DNA of 63,659 nucleotides, the filler included, from Neolecta irregularis DAH-3 (Eukaryota): assembly GCA_001929475.1 (NCBI GenBank). It is 11 parts of 11 records of this genome, joined end to end, with 100 filler letters (N's around TTAATTAATTAA, not from the genome) between each part and the next. Parts side by side here need not be neighbours in the genome. Positions count along the whole stretch, not along the records: positions 17,098 to 36,446 come from LXFE01000328.1; positions 36,547 to 38,208 come from LXFE01003169.1; positions 38,309 to 39,446 come from LXFE01000329.1; positions 39,547 to 45,532 come from LXFE01003175.1; 7 more parts are not named here. One strand, given 5' to 3'. Every line of letters begins with the position of its first letter. Position 1 is the first letter of the stretch. The notes beneath the pieces are model-generated. The model saw only the letters and a list, made by a program, of their open reading frames with translations, did not search any database and was not told where the DNA came from. Of this stretch, positions 27,726 through 40,783 are shown in pieces. The position numbers and the translations under genes are program-made.

Positions 27726-29209
27726 ATGCCTATCATCGGAAGGCGATTGCATACAAATAGCAACAGTACTCATGGATCAAATAATAGCAATGCAATCGAG
27801 GAGCCGCCAGATTCGCCCAGATCGCTCTCGTCGTCCGATTCGTCCATGTCTGACCGATTCGAACAAGGGAGCTCGTCAGCCGGGTTATACCATTCTGCAG
27901 ATACCAGAGCTGGGTCAATCGCTCCATTGCAACCAATTCAACCTGTGATCTCCTCTACAAGCGTAATCGCAGGTACATTCTTTCGGAGGAGAGCTTCTTC
28001 TGCCTCTTCAGCTCCACAGGTCTCCAGCCAGTTGTCTGGTAAGCCCCAAGAACGTTCGCCCGGAAAACATAAGCTCTTTTCACGACCTGCAAAAATTGCA
28101 ACGGGATTGGCTTCAACACTTACCGGTACATCACCAACGAACGGCAGACCTCTTATTTCCCCGTCACCTTCGTTTCATCGAGAAAATGAACGGAGCAACA
28201 GCTTGGATCTCGGCCAGAACCGGGCAGATGCAAGTCCACCCACGCAGGCTTCCCATAGACATCATTTATTACTACGACCCAGGAAAGATTCCGATCCAAC
28301 TTCTACACATAGCAAAAACGCACTCGGTCCTTCGTCTCCCGGTTTTGCCTCTCTTAAGAATTTATCGGGATTGGATAAAGGTGGAAAAGACTCGGATAAG
28401 ACAAGTGACTTTGGTCATGAAGATGCGTGGCCATTGTTATGTATTCGAGTCATTCCTCTGTTCTCGGGAGAAGGATTACGATTGAGTGTTGAAGATTGTA
28501 ATAAGCTAGTCACGCAAGGTTCTCCCAAGGTGCCATTTGACCTGCAGAGCACATATCCGGAAGTGTTATAATGACCGATGCCTTCATCTGATTCACATGG
28601 ACCTTGTCGAGCTTCTCGACACTGGGTTTCAATGCTTGGAGACTTCATCGCTGTCGACTCTCACCGACGATAAACTCTTTTCACGACTCGTGGAGGTAGT
28701 CCCTTCTCGAGGTTGTTTTTGAGAGGCTAGTTATGGCAATTCTTCTTTGGAACGATACTGCCGTACCTGGAGGCGGTTTTCCTTCCTCTACGAATAGAAT
28801 TTCAAGGAATGGCTAGTATCGTTCCTGCAAAGGAAGCCAGAGAGTATGATGAAGAGCTTGATGTTCGAAGAAATGCGTTGATTGGGTTTCGAGACAAGCT
28901 CGTTCTGTCACAAGCGGACAGATTACATGGTATGGGATTTACATGGACTTGCCTAGATAAATCTAAACAGGCCTCTTTTGCAAAATACAATTTGATGTCA
29001 GCTCAAAGGTCGCTGTTACGGACACCGCCTCGCGGATGTTGCAGTGTGTCTGTATTCTTGCTTCCATTTTGTCACGCGACGACAAACAAGAACAGATGGA
29101 TCATCTGGCCAAGACGTTGAAGCAGACCTGGTTCCGTGGACGGATTGGAGGCGATAGACGCGGCTTTGTATCCAAAAGGAACGGAGGGCCTAAAGAAGGG
29201 CGGGTATAA
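27726..29209 (+). CDS. BIT61: HbrB-domain TORC2 subunit (Bit61/PRR5/Protor-like)
   Basis: Ser-rich N-terminus, then DAWPLLCIRVIPLFSGEGLRLSVEDCNKLV...LWQFFFGTILPYLEAVFLPL...LDVRRNALIGFRD...RMLQC. Confidence 0.82.
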
Positions 29210-29456
29210 GCTATAGGTATAAAAGGTAAATATTCGGGCAGATCCGGGAATATATATTTATTGTTCCGGTCGCGCCCGTTACCACAACAAGATGCGTGTC
29301 AGCCAAATCCCAATTTCGTCCACATTGTCTTCCCCGGCAGGTATATCTGCTCCAATCCCCCTTCGCTGCTTGTCGGCTCTACCCCCACAATTTTCGTCTG
29401 CGCATCCCGTTAGTCAGCAACTTGGGTTCTTTTTTACCAGGGCAGATCCATCCAAA

Positions 29457-32153
29457 ATGAAATTTAGTCATTCCATAACTCTCAATGCCACTCCCGAGTG
29501 GAGCGACCACTATATTGCATACTCGAATATTAAAAAGATGTAATTGGCCTATCGACTTGCTGGACTGCCTTACGCGTTAGAATATATAACTTGGAACGGG
29601 CTGCGGTCTTTCCTCAAACAGATGATATTGAAACTGAAGACTCATCACTAGTAGGACAAGACTCATCGGATTCCGAAACTGTCTTCAAAAAGGCCCTCCA
29701 TAAAGAACTCGTGAAGATCAAAGCCTTTTATGAAAACAAGTCAGGAGAGCTGTTTGAAGATCTCGATGTCATGATACACGAAGAGGAAGAATTCCAGATC
29801 GACCTAGCAAATTCCGATAGACCTTCATCAGCGCGTTATCGGAAGTGGATGCCGCCCCTGCAGAGACGATTAAGTCGAGGAACCTCTCGAGGCTCACTTG
29901 ACGAACCTGATGATACTCTTAAACGTTTACCTCGATATCCCAGTGCCTCTATCGTCGATCAAATGACAATGTCTACAGGAACTCTTGAAATGGGAAGAAA
30001 ATATTCCAATGTTTTCGAAGAAGAGTCTTTCGACGACGTGTTATATGACGCCAAGATTACTCTCAAAAAACGTACAATTGCTTGTTACGTGTCACTGAGT
30101 GAGCTACGGTCATACATCCAACTAAATTACACTGGTTTCTCAAAGATCTTGAAAAAATTCGACAAAATCCTAGGCTGTGATCTTCGCCAGAGATATCTCG
30201 AAGAGTGCGTCTCACAATCATATCCTTTTCTTCCTACAACCCGCAGAGAAATCGACGCTCGTCTGAAGATTCTTGAAGAAATATATTCTCGTCTAATCAC
30301 TAATGGTGATGTTACATTGGCTAAGAGCGAATTGAAATTACATCTCAGGGAGCACGTTATTTGGGAAAGAAACACTGTTTGGCGAGAGATGATTGGAATT
30401 GAAAGAAAAGCCGAGGCTGCGCAAGTTGGAATGAAAAAACATTTGCTTGGATTAAACGTCGATCTGCGAGCGCATGAGTCCGATGATTCTCTTGCCGATA
30501 TTAAGATGCTGACAACGCCTGTCGGAAGATTTTATTTGCCAGAATGGGTTCCCACGTGGATGATCGAGCCGAATTTCCTGACAATTATCCTTATCCTAAC
30601 CTTATTTATTATAATGTTGATGGTTCCTACCTTTTCCCAGATTGAAGAGCGGAATTGCCTTGCGATGCTTGTGTTGGTGTCTGCATTGTGGGCAACTGAG
30701 GTTTGTGTTTGCATTTATTTATCTCATCCTTAGGCTATTCCCCTTTTCGTGACATCATTACTCGTACCGCTGCTGGTCGTAATGCTTGGGATTGTACGCT
30801 CGGATGATAAACATCGCACTCGACTCAGTGCTGCGAATGCAGCAAAATACATTTTCAACGCCATGTGGACCCCAGTTATCATGTTGCTTCTCGGAGGGTT
30901 TGCCATAGCTGCGGCTTTGAGTAAGTACCAAATTGCAAATAGAATGGCAACTTCAATTCTTTCAAAGGCTGGAAAGAAGCCTAGAAACGTCCTTTTGACT
31001 ATAATGTTCATCGCTTGGTTTTCCAGTATGTGGATCAGTAATGTTGCAGCTCCAGTTCTGTGTTTGTCGATTATTCAGGTAACAATTCTTTTCTACTTTT
31101 CGAATTCAAAATCTAGCCGGTACTGCGCACTTTACCTCACGGTTCACCATTTGCAAAGGCTCTTATCTTGGGTATTGCTCTCTCTTCGAATATTGGAGGA
31201 ATGGCATCACCAATTGCATCACCACAAAATATTATTGCTCTGGAAAACATGTTTCCAAACCCGACATGGGCCGAATGGTTCATCGTTACATTGCCAGTCT
31301 GTGTGATCTCGTTACTGCTCATATGGTTGGTCCTGCTCATCAATTATAGACCGGGTATGTTTTGTTCAGCAAGTCAAGCTCACATTTCCCTAGCTCGAGG
31401 CACATTAATCCCACCTATCCGGCGTACAAAAGATGTATTTACCGGAACGCAATGGTTTATTTCAGTCATAACGTTAATGACAATTGGTTTATGGTGTTTC
31501 GAGAAGCAACTTGAAGATATCCTGGGAGATATGGGTGTTGTGGCTGTCATTCCTCTTGTAATTTTCTTTGGAACAGGGATCTTGACCAAAGAGGATTTCA
31601 ATAATTTCCTGTGGACCGTAAGCCAACGTATTTGGCAACTCTGATCTTTAGGTAATATTCCTTGCTATGGGGGGTATTGCTTTAGGAAAAGCGGTAGCAT
31701 CTTCGGGTCTACTACACACAATTGCACACACTATTCGAAAAATGGTTGAGCATCTTCCTCTTTTTGTTGTATTTTTTATATTCTCTGCCCTCGTTTTGGT
31801 TGTGGCAACATTTATTTCACATACAGTTGGAGCATTGATTATTCTTCCAATCGTTGCTCAGATAGGATCGGGTATGGATGATCCCCATCCTCGTCTGTTG
31901 GTTATGGTATACCCGACCCAAATTGTGGCGTTGGCTAATTCAAACCAAGGGGGTTGCACTCATGTGCTCCGCTGCTATGGGGCTGCCAACATCTGGCTTT
32001 CCCAATATGACAGCAGTTATGGTGGAAAATACCGTTGGGCAACGATACTTATCGGTGAAGGATTTTGTCAAGAGTGGCATCTTATCAAGCATATTGGCAT
32101 TTTTGATAGTCGTTTCCATTGGATTTTTATTGATGAGGACTGTGGGGTTTTGA
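29457..32153 (+). CDS. SPX-domain low-affinity phosphate transporter (Pho87/Pho90/Pho91 family)
   Basis: MKFSHSITLNATPEWSDHYIAYSNIKK, LNYTGFSKILKKFDK, WERNTVWREMI, SMWISNVAAP, SNIGGMASPIASPQN, GLPTSGFPN. Confidence 0.95.
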
Positions 32154-32352
32154 TACTTTTTTACACTGATAGTGGCGTACTTCGGGTGGAATTATGAGAA
32201 GTAGATATGGAGTACTAATGCTACATATCATCGAATATGGCCTCGGAACGCTAATTCCGATTGCCCCCACAAACAAATCTAAACTCCCAACTCCACTTTC
32301 AAAACAACCTCTCAACCAGTCTCGTGACAACTTTACTTTTTATACCATCAGC

Positions 32353-32968
32353 ATGCTTTCCATCAAACGTCAAATAAATCCAGAGAATACTCAGCCCGTG
32401 GAACGGCCCTGTAAGCGGCGATGTCGAGAAGCTATTCCTCGGCCATCATTTATATGCGATAGCGACTGCTCAGTCACTATTGACTCCACCGTGATGCCTT
32501 CCAATGGAAATCCTACATTGCTTTGCTTTTGGTCTGGCTTAGAAGCAGTTCAAGCCGGTACCGCAACCGACGTTCACTTAAACTTACTACGGTAACATTC
32601 ATCTTCTAAGCTTGATCGACTTAATTGATCGCCTTCAGAGATATCTCGTCCGAACTGGCTGATGTCAATGTGTGCTCTGTCTCATTCAGTCCAGAGCAAC
32701 ATTCTTCCCTTCCCTTTGAGCAAGGTGATCAATAATCTCTGACATTCTGCTGAAAATACAAGTGTTTGATACGTCGAAACAGATTGCTCGTGCAATTGGA
32801 GTATTGCATCCTTCAAACGGTGGTGCTGTGCCCATTGACAGTTTTGTACTCATCGACAAACGTCTCAGAAGGCGCATGTTAGCGCCGATCAACACTGGAA
32901 TCAATCTTAATGAAATCCATCAACGCCTCAGAATTGGGATTGATTACCTTAATCGAGAAGAATGCTGA
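32353..32968 (+). CDS. Hypothetical protein, probably multi-exon
   Basis: ORFs MLSIKRQ...HLNLLR and ...DYLNREEC are separated by GT..AG intron-like segments. No family recognised. Confidence 0.4.
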
Positions 32969-33454
32969 TCGATTTTGAGTTACACATCTTGAAAAGGAGC
33001 CATAGAGCCTTCCGACATCGTTTTGGCATTTCTTCTTGTAAACTAATATGTAATCCATTGCTTCATCATCAATGAACTATGTTTATATTAAATACAGATA
33101 GCCAGTACTTGGCGTCAATTAGGAGCCACGAAGCAATCCCAAAACAGGTATTATATTTTTCATTTCCATCAAATTAGATAAAGGCTGCTTAAACCGGACG
33201 ATCGTGGAATGCCAAAGCAAGCATTTCGATGATCCCTATTTAGAGCCCAGTCGCTATCTCCAAGCTAGTTCAAATGAGGAGTAGTGTTTGTTCTCCGGCA
33301 TACCATGACCTCAAGGTTTCTTAAATTCTACCGTGTGAACAATATTACCCATTCACGAGAATCAACAGGCCTTGATTAATTCTGACTGATACTTGTCTTT
33401 GGCCATTGAGCTTGCAACGTGTTGAGCTCTTGCGTACAAATAAGACTAGGTTAT

Positions 33455-33609
33455 ATTCCTTAATCTAAGCTTGTAGACTTTATGGAGCTTAGGTTAAGAT
33501 ATGCCCGCTAAATTTTCATATACTTTCTAAATACGATTGCCGTTATTTTTTCCCGCCACTTGCTTCATCGGTAAGACATATCCGGTAATACCCCGGATAT
33601 ATCTTTACA
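33455..33609 (+). mobile_element. Solo LTR fragment
   Basis: Aligns by eye with 1-155 and ends TTACA. Confidence 0.65.
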
Positions 33610-34083
33610 GAGCTTCAGGTTGGGAATAGATAAAAGCATTGTAATATCCAATCTTACCAATTTTGTCAAGCAGCGCTTATGATACGAGACCCATTTTTTC
33701 ACAGGAGTTTAATTACTCACCTGTATCACTTTCATATGTTTAATATCATCGGCGTTATTCGGGTATTTTTTTGTTTGACCTGTATTCCCATGTACGTCTA
33801 CGGGAAAAAATGCCGGTATCTACCCCCTTATCTTTGTGTTGACCACAGTGATTTCACTCATAGATACGATGTTTGGAAATATCTTGGCTTGGATTAATGG
33901 CAAAAGTGGATTAGAGTATAGCCCTGCTATAAATTGCATCGTTTCTTATTGCGCTGAATTTATGTACTCGGGAGTGATGTGCCTTGGATTCTGTATTGAT
34001 TGAATATTAGTTGATGAGTTATCGTGTATCAATCCACACTCTATCTAGACTAGATCTCAATATAGTCTCGTGTTTACTATCCA

Positions 34084-35405
34084 TTATATATCGTGAATTA
34101 CAGGCGTCTCGTACACCCACTCATTCGTATCAAGTTCTCTGAATATAAAATGTACAATATTGCTCCTTGAAGTTTTTAATATTCCTTGAGAATCAGTTCT
34201 ATATTCGAGTCTATATGGAGTGGGCTTTTCCGTCGCGCTTCCATGCGGCATAAATAGTTTGAATGCTGTAAACTGAAGGCCACTCGTTGAAATGATCTCA
34301 ATGATACGACTAAACTCCATCAAAGTTTGCTTCAATAAACGGCTTTCCGATAGCTTGACAGATGCCAGGATTTTCATCGTCCCAAGTTCCTTTTGGTCGT
34401 TCAATTGTGCTGCGGACATTGCAATAATACGTTGGACACCCTGCTGCTTCATAACTAGTATCAGGTCTTCGTAGAATCTAGCAATAGGTTGCTCTTTTCC
34501 ATGACAGATAACACGAGGTGCCAATATGCTGACTACCACATCCACATTCATTAAAGCCAGGCTTACAATATCGATCGATAGTATATCTCCTTCGAATATC
34601 GTCACACGATGACGCAAATCGGGACGAATCGTTGTTGATGATTTAACCACAACATTGATTTCATAGCCCCTTGCTAATCCTTGCGCACACAAGGCAGAGA
34701 CATACTTTCCAGTCGAATCGAGTATTAATAGTCGTTTTGGAGCTTTGATACTTTTGGATAATCTCGATTTTCTTTGAAAAAGGATATCGGGTAGATCTGG
34801 TAAATTACCCTGCACCATGTCCGAGCTTTCGTCTGTAGATTCTGCAAGTTGAAATGGATCAATGGTGACTACCATCGTCAGTATAGAAGTCAATAAATCA
34901 GGTGATCACATTGAGTCCTTGTACTTTGAGTTGGGCGATCATATTCAGCAGACGCATATATTCCTGCCATTTCGCAGTTTACCCCGATGTTATCCAAGTC
35001 TCCGAAAGAACGTATCGTTTCACCACCCTCTTCCTGGCAAACATAAAACTTGCGATTCCTGTTTTCATCAAAAGTGATGGCTTCTAGTTCTCCAACATAA
35101 TCAAATTGAAATGCATCTGCTTCTTGAGAGTTTGTGGAGAGTGCCAAGTCCCCGTTAGAAGTGATTCGTACACATTCCTGCAACTTATTGCAAAGATGGT
35201 TTTCCTTCAAGGAGAAGGTACTTGGAGTGTCACCGATGACGATTGACGAATCGTCGCAGCTCAAATAACAAGGTGCGGAAATAACGAACTTATTGTAGAA
35301 AATCTCCAAGGCTAAAGTTGGTTCAAGAGTTCAATACAACGGCTTACTAAATGTGTTGATTGCAACTGCAACCGCAAAAATATTTGTCAAGGACGCAGTT
35401 CTCAT
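34084..35405 (-). CDS. Putative secreted protein with a C-terminal NAD(P)-binding Rossmann (flavin reductase/BVR-B-like) domain, 414 aa
   Basis: Exons 35405-35348, 35311-34910 and 34868-34084 join in frame (1245 nt) via GT-AG introns of 36 and 41 nt. C-terminal RLLILDSTGKYV...ARGYEINVVVK...IFEGDILS...VDVVVS...MKQQGVQRIIAMS...SGLQFT...SRSNIVHFI. Confidence 0.7.
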
Positions 35406-35884
35406 TTGGATCCTTGGATTGAAAGAATCCCACCACCTTTTATGATAATTTTCCTGTCCTTGTCTCGGTGCATCATAATGAGTATGTATTTGTCTTGATA
35501 TCTTTGATAGCGATATATAGTACGCCAATGTTTTACCTTGTCTTGAACCGGTAACAAACCGCCGAAATTAGACTTTTTTCCCAAATGCAACTGTCGAACT
35601 TTAACTATTCTAGCAATCCATTTAAAGACATTAATGACTGTAGCTTCTCACTTCCCTCATGTCCTACCTATCTCTCATTGTATCTTTTTGCTATATTTGA
35701 ATAATTGCTTCCCTGATTTATCTATCCCTATATCTGCTTTGGTCGTAACATCGGAGAGACCCAAAAGAAAAACATATGCAGCAAATGGGTTCATGGAGTT
35801 TATGAAATTTTGCAATGAAATGTATCATCTTGGGTGAGAGATTTGATTTCTGCATGTTATCAAACGATTGAGGTTCAACAGGAT

Positions 35885-36086
35885 CAGTGTTCCGAACACC
35901 CCACCCCGGAACACCCCGAGTGAACCCCAATCCATTCACCCGACCCCACCCCGAGTGAACCCCAATCCATTCACCCGACCCTACCCCGAGTGAACCCCAA
36001 TCCACTCATCCGACCCGACCCCGGAACGAACCCCAATCCACTCATCCGACCCGACCCTGGAGTGAACCCCAATCCACTCACCCTAA
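35885..36086 (+). repeat. hAT-like end with ~35-bp subterminal tandem repeats
   Basis: CAGTGTTCCG followed by about 5 copies of ccccgagtgaaccccaatccattcacccgacc. Confidence 0.7.
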
Positions 36087-36192
36087 CTGCCAGAGCCTTT
36101 GGCTTGTTCAAGTTTACGCTCTTATCTGAGACAAGTGATTGACTTTTTTGGACAATGATTTAGAGTCATTTCCAGATCATCCTTATGAGACT

Positions 36193-36446
36193 CCAATCAT
36201 TTTGGAAGGCTATAAAGAGGAGAGAACATCAGAGGAGATAGTCATGCATAGAGGATCCTCCTGGCATATGGAACTTTTAGTGGAAAAATACTTCACCAGA
36301 TGATGACACATGGGAAAAGGAAGACAAGTTACCAGAAGAAATCATATCAGATTGGAAGGGGTCTCCAAGGAGGTGTAGCCTATACCTATGGCACACGCTT
36401 ACCAATACGGGAAGAAGGCTTGCAATAATATTGCGGCAATTAAAAT
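36193..36446 (+). mobile_element. Degenerate chromovirus (Ty3/Gypsy) integrase chromodomain, purine-rich tract and LTR start
   Basis: PIILEGYKEE..EEIVMHRG...LLV / frameshift / WKNTSPDDDTWEKEDKLPEEIISDW*, followed by AAGGAGG and TGTAGC at 36374. Confidence 0.7.
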
Positions 36447-36579
36447 NNNNNNNNNNNNNNNNNNNNNNNNNNNNNNNNNNNNNNNNNNNNTTAATTAATT
36501 AANNNNNNNNNNNNNNNNNNNNNNNNNNNNNNNNNNNNNNNNNNNNTTCTTAACTATTAACTATGTATATGAAATATTC

Positions 36580-36690
36580 AGTCTATCAGACCGTCCAGAC
36601 CGACTTGACCTTCGGTCTGGTCCGTCTGGACCGAAATTATTGCCGGTCTGGTCTAGTCTACTTGGACGGTCTACTTGGTCCAGTCGGTTA
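36580..36690. repeat. Cluster of short direct and inverted repeats (agaccg/cggtct/ggtcc), probable DNA-transposon subterminal region
   Basis: Repeated cagacc, ggtctg, ctacttgg motifs in both orientations. Confidence 0.45.
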
Positions 36691-37478
36691 GGAACGCTGC
36701 TCGAGTATGCTCAATAGCTGCACGCACGAAACACAAGCGCTTGACACGCGCGGGATGATATTGTCTGAAAAAGCAGGTCTCTCTGCCTTTTGATGATATG
36801 GAGAAAAGAAATGGGGGCGGGTTATATTCCTCTATATAGAAGAGCGGAAAAAGTAAGTGGCAATATATCTCAGAGCAGACTTCCCCACCTAGTGCTCCTA
36901 ATACCTCACCGGCACTGCTTCCACGTCTGCAGAGAGTTAAAAAAAGCAAAAAAATGGAAACAGGAAATCCTCAAACCCCGAAAGCTACCTAGCGACTCCT
37001 CAGGCGTCCTCATACTCCCGATAATCGAGGATACTCCAGGGTAAACTGCCATAACCCTCTTTCCGACTTGTTGATGAGCTCAGGGACTGCAAAGGGCGCG
37101 GATCCAGATGAAGATGAAAGACAAGGACCTAATGATTTGAAGTAGTGTTATCCGAGGTGAGGTGACGCCGCAGGTCTTGTTTAGTACGTGGGCGCCTGGA
37201 AACGAAATAAATTGTCCAAGGGTACACCACTCGCTCTAATAGGTTTATCGACGCCCTGGCCATGTTGGTGCATGTAAAAGTTCACACCATCAAATGATAG
37301 CGGGAATATGGGGCCCCGGTTGGTCTCGGCCTAGCCAAGACCTGTTCTCTCCAAGCCACCTAAATGCAATTACCTATTTATATCGGCTATTCGTGACTGA
37401 AGATGCAAATTATAAAGACCAGAATCTTCACCATATTTCATCATCCGTTGCCATCTCCACACAAGACTACTATTCACG

Positions 37479-38083
37479 ATGCTTTTCCTCATATTCACTC
37501 TCGTAATGTCTCTACAATTGCTTGATGCTCATTGAGGGACAGGTGGTGTGCATCTATGTCTTCTACCAACTCTATCTTCATCCTCTTGCTGCATTTCCAG
37601 GTCCTTTCTGGGCCAAGGTTAGCCCTCTATGGCCTGTTATGCTGCTATACAATGGGCAACGACATAGAGCCATGAGAAAACTTCATTCTCAGTACGGTGC
37701 GGCAGCATCTCGTTATTACCTGACTGAATAATACACAGGCGATCACGTTCGAGTGGGCATAAATACTCTTTCAATCTGTCATAGACATGCAGATTACGGT
37801 AGTGCCTCTATATCAAACGTATTGACATGAAGCCACCCGTGGCTATGGTACGAAATTCGTCAAAGACAAAGCCTACGACTTTATGAATAATGATCCGCAC
37901 GTCAGCAGCTTTGCCTCTGAAAGAGATACCGCTACCTATTTACGAATGAAACGTATTTTTGCGCCAAAATTTTCACAAAAAGCGGTAGATGTGATCGAGG
38001 ATCAACTAGTAGAAAAAGTAAAGTTATTTTGCTCCTCTGTTAGGAAGTTTGGTCATGACGGAAAAACACCACTGGTAGGCTTT
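37479..38083 (+). CDS. Cytochrome P450, N-terminal part (truncated by gap)
   Basis: Membrane anchor, then YQLYLHPLAAFPGPFWAKVS...LHSQYG|DHVRVGINTLSI...FVKDKAY...RIFAPKFS. Confidence 0.8.
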
Positions 38084-39380
38084 NNNNNNNNNNTTCGAGT
38101 ATGCTCAATAGCTGCACGCATGAAACACAAGCGCTTGACACACGCGGGATGATATTGTCTGAAAAAGCAGGTCTCTCTGCCTTTTGATGATATGGAGAAA
38201 AGAAATGGNNNNNNNNNNNNNNNNNNNNNNNNNNNNNNNNNNNNNNNNNNNNTTAATTAATTAANNNNNNNNNNNNNNNNNNNNNNNNNNNNNNNNNNNN
38301 NNNNNNNNAGGCATACGAGTAACCATGATGAGTGCTGGAAAATAGGAAGGTCAAACAGCTAAGGTTAAGAGGCCAAATTGAAATGACGTGCTACAACTGT
38401 CATGCTCGGCATTTGTTATCGTTGGCGCTGGTTAGGTGGCATTTTTCGGCCGTGGCGGTGTATACCGTAGAAGTATAACCACTCATAGATAAACATCCCC
38501 ACATTCTTATCCTTCAAGTATATTACCGTTTTAAAAAATGTGCCAAGGGTAGTGATCTACATCTTCTTTCAAATGCTTTCAGAGACATTATCTTTGTCCG
38601 AGAATTAGGTATTATATGACATAAGATTGAAGCTTGGCGAGCCTTTGTCTTGTTTGGGCTGGATTTAATGACATCATACATATAGCCTCCATATTTATAT
38701 AGCGACTGTCTTTTTCACAAGTAGATGGCCTGCAATACAATTTCCTTTACAAGCCTTATACTTCCACATTTTTAGATTCTCTTTATTAAATTTCTCAAAC
38801 ATTCAACACAACAGCCACCAACAATCTGACCAAGAGTTTGGTATTCGACAAGCTAACTGGTGAGAGAAATGTGATGCAGGGGTATATTGTATGCTTGAAG
38901 TACAAATTAGACTCTAAGTTCGCGTGCTGACATCTATGCAATAGCTACTATGGCTTTCTCAACCTTTCCCTTTACTGTCACTATTTCAGAATAGTCAAAT
39001 GCTCAAAGCCTAATTCTCCTTTCATATCACCAAGCTTACATGAACTCAAATCCATTAAAACAACTCTGAAGAAACTTATTCCCCTTAGGTAAGGGTTTTC
39101 ATCGGAAACTGAAACTTCAGGCAATCACGAAACTGATTTAGTAGGAAGGGCAAGTCAATATTCTTCATTCATTCGTGTTTGGCCATTATGATCCCACAAG
39201 CCAGTGGCGCTATATCACAACAAAATATTTGTTCGCAGACCCAGCATGGGAAGGGAAAAGTGCAGGGAGAGGAGTAAATCGATGTGAGAGAGTGAACCGA
39301 ATTGCTGGACCATGTTTAGGATCGGGAGTGCTAAGTACTCGATACAAAGTAATTAAGCGCGAAGTCAGTTTCATTCTAAC

Positions 39381-39446
39381 CTTTCTAAATACAATTGCCG
39401 TTATTTCTTTTCCGCCACTTGCTTCATTGGTAAGATATATCCGGTA
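39381..39446 (+). mobile_element. Solo LTR fragment truncated by spacer
   Basis: Identical to ~68-133. Confidence 0.65.
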
Positions 39447-39546
39447 NNNNNNNNNNNNNNNNNNNNNNNNNNNNNNNNNNNNNNNNNNNNTTAATTAATT
39501 AANNNNNNNNNNNNNNNNNNNNNNNNNNNNNNNNNNNNNNNNNNNN

Positions 39547-39690
39547 CTAAAACAGGGAATATCGTACTTGTTGGTGGAAATTAACATTTTGAGAACTTTA
39601 TTCTTTGTAAACACCACAAACCGCGTTCGCCGCCACACTGAAATAAAATATTACCTTTTTGGTCAACGCCACAAAGGCCTGACAGCAGAC
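39547..39690 (+). mobile_element. Tourist-like MITE internal fragment
   Basis: 39547-39598 is identical to 45481-45532. Confidence 0.6.
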
Positions 39691-39700
39691 NNNNNNNNNN

Positions 39701-40634
39701 GTGACTGCGGCAGTGCCGTCGAGTGCAACGACTGTTGCCATCAGACGCAGAATGCCATTTGGGAGAACAAAAGACTCAACACCAATAGGCGCGCTGCATC
39801 CGCCTTCGAGTACTCGTAGCAAAGTGCGTTCGGCAGTACACGCCAGCCAGGTGTTGTGATGCGTTAAAGTATTAACGAGGCCTGATGTTGCCTGGTCGTT
39901 TTTGCGAATTTCAATCCCTAGCGCACCCTGGCCAACAGCCCCATAAACAACCGGAGACGAAAGGGTTTGGGTGATGCGTGCACCCAGCCCGAGGCGCAAG
40001 AGTCCAGCAGCAGCGAGGATCAGACAGGACGTGATGGTTTGCGGATCATCCAGCTTGGAAAGTCGAGTTTCGCTGCCAAAAGTCAGCACAACCCGGTATA
40101 AACACCTACACATTTCCTCTCTAGATACCAGTCAGCGCAAATTTACTACCGCCTGCATACCATATCGGCGAATTCAAGATGCGGAAATGCACGCCGCAGC
40201 TGGGCAGTCCGGCGGAGACTGCTCGTTGCTACAATGCTTTTTGCAGGTAGCTCTTGAATCGACTTATACGGTGATCCGGCCTTCATCACTACTGCATCCC
40301 GCGCATCTTCTCGCTCCAGTACCGCACCCAGCATCGCATATTCGGGCAATTGCGTCGGCATATCTTTGAGCGAGTGCACAATCAGATCAATCTGATCCGC
40401 AGCAAGCGCTTCCTCCAGTTCCCGAGTCCACAGCGCTTTTGCTCCGATTTCATGCAGCGGCTTCGTCTGAATCGCATCTCCAAGCGTCTCCATCGTCGAA
40501 ATCGGAAATGTATACTCGGGAAACCGCTGTTGCAGCATCTTTTGCACTTGGTTTGTCTGGACCAGCGCAAGCCTCGACTTACGGCTACCAATTCGAAATT
40601 CGATCTTGCATTCGCTTCTTGTTTCTGCACTCAT
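39701..40634 (-). CDS. HEM3: Porphobilinogen deaminase (3' end lost in gap)
   Basis: RIGSRKSRLALVQT, KALWTRELE, VHSLKDMPT, TSSLRRTAQL, RGNV, AVGQGALGIE, LEGGCSAPIG. Confidence 0.96.
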
Positions 40635-40783
40635 TCAAAATATGTGCAACCAATAAAATATCGTCTGGAATTATTTTTCCCTTTTTATGTTGTTAGATAG
40701 TACAAACACGTCACGTGAAAGCCCCGCCTCTAAGATCGCATCCTGAATTCTTCTCTCTAGAAAAGTTATTTAAACCATCCTTT

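Noticed and set aside
35895-36086. Regular ~35-bp repeats resembling a CRISPR array
   Set aside because: Contiguous tandem units without unique spacers, in eukaryotic context.
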